Shown here in pieces: positions 58,627 through 64,000 of a stretch of 64,000 bases of DNA. The notes below the pieces were generated by a model, which was not told where the DNA came from, made no database searches, and worked only from the letters and a program-made list of their open reading frames with translations. Both the position numbers and the translations under genes were made by a program. Origin of the DNA: Azolla caroliniana (lineage: Eukaryota > Plantae > Polypodiophyta); contig JBHGNT010000004.1 in NCBI GenBank assembly GCA_043228905.1, positions 11,222,001-11,286,000 of the forward strand, written 5' to 3'. Positions within the stretch are counted from its first letter, which is position 1. Every line of letters starts with the position of its first letter.

Positions 58627-59820
58627 TAATTAGTATGTGTACCTTGGTCCTGTGCTTTAAATAGCCGCATCCGCTTGTTCACTTGCGTCTGTTAGCAATA
58701 ATATCTTTTGCTCTAATAATAGTCGTACCACCTTTTGCTTCCTCCACCTTTTTGCATGATGACCATCCTCTTCTCGCCTTAATTTCTTTTCTTGTTTTCT
58801 TTTTTTCTCTGGCTAACGTGCCTAGTTGGTAGGACCCATTAAACTCCCTTGTTACCCGGAAACCGTAACTTCCCCGGCATGTTGCCCATCCGGGTCTAGA
58901 AAACCAAGACCGGTTTTCCAATGCCGAATTCCTTCTCGTTGCCGCATCGATGCATGTCTACAAAGGCTTTCCATCGTCGTTGCTCTAGCTTGAGCTGTAG
59001 TAAGCTAGTTATCCAATGCTCCTCTAGTCCGCACAACCTTGCCAACCAGATCTTCTCCGACTCCTTTTCACTCAGGCGCTCTTTGACTTGGATTTGTAAA
59101 CTCGGGATCTGAAACTCGATTGGCATGACAGCTTCCAATCCCAATGCTAACCGGAACGGGGTTGTGCGTATGGTTGTCTTGTAGGTTGTCTGGTACGCCC
59201 ATAACGCACTGTGCAACTTTGTGTCCCAATCCGTTCGGTTTTCGTTGACAATTTTCCGGAGTATATTCTGTAATGTCTTGTTTGTGGATTTGGCCAGTCC
59301 ATTTTCCTGTGGGTAGTACGGGGTACTATGTTTGTGGACTACTGCATAACACATCGTGAGGCTCTCCACAACTTGGCCCAAGAAGTGTCCTCCTTGATCG
59401 CCTATTAGTTCAATCAGACAGCCATATCAGCACCATATAAGCTCGTATAGAAACTTTGTTGTGGATGCCATCGTATTATCCCTGAGTGCCTTTGCTTCCA
59501 CCCATTTCAGGCAGTAGTCGGTGGCCACGATGATGTATCGGTTACCGGTTCTCATTGCCAGTGGTTTGAATGGTTCGACAAAGTCCAGTCGCCATTTCTG
59601 GAATGGTTCTAATTGTAATACTGGGTGATGGGGCATTCGGGCATGCTCTGTTGGTTGGCCTAATTGTTGGCAGAGGTCCCATTCCTTATCGTACTTGATG
59701 GCATCTTTTAAGGTTGTCGGCCACCATAACCCGCTTTGCCATATCTTGCAGGCTGTCGCATCGCCGGCATAGTGGCCTCTGGCTATTCCGTAGTGGGCTT
59801 CTCTTAAAATCGTTTCTTTT
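58627..59820 (-). mobile_element. Gypsy integrase and spacer upstream of the extra ORF (same element as 47572-51003)
   Basis: ORFs 58896-59381 and 59427-59820 are closely similar to the integrase at 23270-24300; sequence is contiguous across the MULE TSD. Confidence 0.85.
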
Positions 59821-62800
59821 TGTAGAAACGAATAGCATGCAGAAGCAATAGAAAACCGAACACAGAAACACAAGTTTAATGGAGAGCTTGACAGTATGTG
59901 GGAGAGACAGAGAAAGAGCAGAACAAGTTAAATCTATTTCAAAACAATAATAGTTCTCTATACATAAGACGTGCTCAACAACACTATTTATACAAGTACT
60001 AAGAGGATTGACAGAAGTACTGTGTACTTCAATGCTCATACGAGCGTTTGACACTAACTACGAGACTATTAACTACCTAGTAGTCTAGACTACTACTAGG
60101 CTTCCGGTTACTGTTTGATCCAGCTAACCGGCTCCCCAGCTCATCGACTCACTTGCTCACTGGCTCGCCGATCTGGCTTCATCCTTCCGGATGCCGATAT
60201 GGCTCAGGCTTATTCAGCTGATCCGGATCTTGTTGAGCTTGCCGCTCAACACTCCCCCTCAAGCTCAACTTGAGGTCAGATCGTAGTGTCAGTCTCCATG
60301 GCAGCCAGTCCTTCCACCCGGCTCCTCCTGGTGTCGCTCCGCCTTGGTCGCACTCCTCGTCTGGTCTAGTCCCGTTTGCCGCGACCCTTCTGATTCTGCG
60401 CACCTTGACCTCCTTGGTCGGCTTGTCTGCTCAACAGGCCCAATTCAGCTCCCTCGCTGCTGTGACATCGGGGCTTGCCGATTCGTCGATTCCTTTGTGT
60501 TGGCGTCGACTTTCGCTGCCTTCTCGTCCTCTTGACCTTGAATTGATCCGGTTCTTCCGAATTTGTCTGTTGAACCGAATCGGCTGTCTCCGACTTGTTC
60601 CAGCTCTTGTCCGAATCGCTTGCTCCCGATTTATCTTTTGGTTCCAGGCCCTTCACCACATCGGACCATGTCCGGGTCTTGGCCTTCTTCTTCCGGTCGG
60701 CTCTGTCCTTCTTGACTGTGCTGCCATTGCGCCTGTTCCGACTTGTTCGGATGTGTCAACTGCCTTTGTTGACTCGGTTCCTTTCTTCTTCTTGTCTCCC
60801 CCTTTGTCGGTTCTGACGAGAAATATGCAGAATAATCTCCGGCAACAATCCAAGCGTAGATCAGTTGATGACAATCAAACACAGAAGAAATGGGAATGGA
60901 GGTAAGTACACAAACAGAAAGAGAGTACATAGGATGTTAACGTGAGAGGGAAAAACCACGGGAGTCCACAGACTCCAAACTATCACTATGTCAAGGAGTA
61001 CAACAGGGAGCACAAAGGCAATGACCTCTTGCTCACAATCTTCACCCAGCGGCGGTTACAACAGAGATATGCTCTGTATCGCTCTCTCTCTCTCTCAGTA
61101 TAGGCGTTACACAAACTACACTATACAAAGATAATAACAGCAACTATGATCCACCCAACACTATTTGCCCTAGCTCACATTTATACTAATATGACATTAG
61201 GACTATTTACAGATATAGCCCCAATGGGCTCTCAGAAACATATCTACATATATGTCCCTTCATCCGGTGAGAGGTTCTCATCGGGCCTGCAACATCCAGT
61301 TCTCATTGGTTCTTCCTTGTCGGGTACTCGTCATCCGGTTCTCACTGGGTCTTCCTTGCCGGGTACTTGTCATCCGGTTCTCACTGGGTCTGCATCATCC
61401 GGTTCTGGGTACTCCATATCCGGTTCTCACCGGGTCTTCAGTTGCCGGGTACTCCACATCCGGTTCTCACTGGGTCTTCCGTTGCCGGGTACTGCACATC
61501 CGGTTCTCACCGGGTCTTCCATTGTCGGGTACTCCACATCCGGTTCTCACCAGGTCTTCCGATGCGGGGCCTTCGTATCCCATCCGGAGGAACCGAGATC
61601 CTTACAGGTTCTTTCCTCACCGGTGCAATTGGCAGTTTCTTTGTCTTTGCCCGTTCTAGTTTCTTTGCCCATTCTCCCCCTCAAGTGTGGCACATCGAGA
61701 TGCTGAACACCAAGCATTTCAGTGAAGTGCTACAACTTGTCCGATCCGAGCGGTTTGGTGAAGATGTCGGCAACCTGTTGATCCGTATGAACATACCGAA
61801 GTTCAACTTCACCGCTCAGGACACGCTCACACACGAAGTGGTAGTGCACTTCTATGTGCTTTGTGCGAGCATGGAATACGGGGTTTTCTTGCGAGCTGCA
61901 TGTTGCTTATGTTGTCGCAGTAGATCAGGATCGGGGTCGGCACCTCGATTCGCAGGTCTTGCAGCTGTCGCCGAAGCCAAATGGCTTCACAGGTGGCAAT
62001 AGTAGCGTACTCAGCCTCAATGCTTGAAAGGGCTACTATTGGCTTCTTTTAGCTGCTCCACGCAATAGCTGCGCTACCAAGGGAAAACATATAGCCAGAG
62101 GTGGATTGACGATCCGATGCATTGTCGGCCTAGTCGGCATCGGTATAGCCGACTAGCTCTTCGGTTATACCATGCCGGTATAACAATCCCCATTACTTCG
62201 TGCCGCTCACATATCCCAAAATTCGATGCACACACAGAAGGTGCTCCACGGTCGGCTTCTGCATATATAGGTTGATCACGCCGACCGGATAACTGATGTC
62301 GGGTCGGGTGATTGTCAAATATATAAGGCTTCTAACGATTTTTCGGAACCGCTTCTAATCGCAGGCCGGTCCGAAGTCAAGACGGATCTTCTGGTTCCGG
62401 TCCAAGGGTGTGGAGATCGGTCGGCATTCCATCATGCCGAACTTGTACAACATATTCAACACATAGTGTCTTTGTGAGAGCAATATGCCGTCGGGGGTTC
62501 GGATCACCTTGATCCCAAGGAAATAGTGAAGGTCCGTCCCCCAGGTCCTTCATCTCAAATGCGTCCGACAACTGGAACTTGACTCGGTTGATTTCATCGA
62601 GTCCAAGTCCGATGATGACTTGGTCATCAACAAACAACAAGATGCAAACTGGACCGTCCGGACCTTGTGGGATGAGCAACGAAGAGTCCGACTTGGAGGC
62701 CACAAACCCCATCTTATGCAACCGGTGCGTGATCTTCACATTCCAAGCTCGGGAGGCTTGGTTCAGGCCATAAAGTGACTTCTTTAGCCGGCATACCGCT

Positions 62801-63170
62801 GACTTGTTCATCTCTGACTGGAAACCGGGGGGTTGGGTCATAAAGACCTCTTCTTCAAGATCACCTTGAAGAAATGCATTCTTCACGTCCATCTGGTGAA
62901 GATGCCACCCCCTTGTCGCAACAACCGCCAGCACCACATGAACCGTCGTCATCTTCGCTACCGGAGCGAAGGTCTCGTCATAGTCGATTCTGTGGGTCTG
63001 CACGTATCCCTTCGCCACTAACCGGGCCTTGTACTGGTTAACCGGACCGTCGGCATTGTACTTTACCTTGTACACCCACTTACATCCGATCGGTTTACAA
63101 TGTCGGGGAGGGTTAACTAGGTTCCATGTGTCATTGGCATCAAGTGCCCGCATCTCTTCCTCCATAGCGG
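59821..63170 (-). mobile_element. Ty1/copia 3' part (RT, RNase H, 3' extension, 3' LTR 59821-60251); relative of 2100-3999
   Basis: RT ORF 62377-63165; RNase H relic at ~61700-62150; PPT region ctccccctcaagctcaacttgaggtcaga is shared with 2502. Confidence 0.88.
60814..61606 (-). repeat. Solo LTR related to the Tork-like family, with an expanded U3 tandem array
   Basis: TG..CA ends; TSD GGTTC (60809-60813, 61607-61611); repeated CATCCGGTTCTCAC units at ~61290-61560. Confidence 0.88.
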
Positions 63171-64000
63171 TGTTGTGAAGTACGAAAGCTTCACATTAAA
63201 AGTCTACAATAAGATAAATACGTAACTAAAATAAAATAAATCTTGATAATATTTTATACATAAAGATAATATTAACAACACACTATGATAATATTATACA
63301 TTTATATGTAGAGGTAAATAAGTAAATATATATGTTATATTACATCGACAAGAGAGGATTTGAGCCAATAATCCCCACCTTATGACACTCTATCATATGC
63401 GTTGTTTTATTTGAAGTAGTATTTTATAGTCTAAACCATGTAATACACCATATAACAAATTACATGGGCAAAAGGGAACTTGAACCAACAACCCCAACCT
63501 TACGGGCATTCAAACCTTACCATTTAGCCTATACTTCTGATGTATATAATATATATGTGTTGTATATATTGTATGGTTTAAACCATTAAATGTACCACAT
63601 GTGCACCATATAGCACACATGGAATAGCCTCTCTGCATGTGCACCATATAGCACACATGCAAGAGCTTCTCTTCCCTATAAAAGGAGAAGGGAGTATAGT
63701 CACAAAATCATCAAGGAATCAATCAATCATATGGAATAGAATTATTGTATGGAATTGTGCGAAATTATATTGTAAGAGATATCATAATAGAGAAAGAGTA
63801 AGAGAAGGTAAAAGCTATATACAATATTCAAAAGACAAGAGAAGAACTAGCTTGGTGGTGGCGGTGCTCAACTCGCAACGAAAAGGCGGAGGTTCGAGTC
63901 TCATCTCATTGAAAGATAGAAGAGAAGATTATGGTCTATTATCAAGAAAGAGAAGAGCGACAAAAGCGAAGATTGTGGTCGACCTTGTGAGACAAAGTTC
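63171..64000. repeat. Probable LTR interrupting copia RT, running off the window end
   Basis: Abrupt TGTTGTG start inside RT coding sequence; AT-rich; TATAAAA near 63677; the other end is not visible. Confidence 0.55.

Overview
Land-plant nuclear DNA (a non-seed plant is plausible but only inferred). The window has one host gene: the 5' four exons of a DEAD-box RNA helicase of the RH17/DBP7/DDX31 type, on the minus strand at 785-1723 and running off the left edge. The remaining ~62 kb is nested transposons, many with boundaries fixed by TG..CA ends, PBS/PPT motifs and target-site duplications (TSDs). These include several decayed Ty1/copia and Ty3/gypsy elements, three solo LTRs, a Mutator-like element with long TIRs and a 9-bp TSD, and a young Tnt1/Tork-like copia whose only visible coding lesion is a TAG at the gag/protease junction. 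The best feature is an intact chromovirus at 35336-41090 with near-identical LTRs. It combines a 10-unit heat-shock-element array next to the TATA box, a non-tRNA self-priming PBS of the Tf1 type, a -1 frameshift signal (G_TTA_AAC plus hairpin) and a group I chromodomain. All calls were read by eye; no database searches were run.
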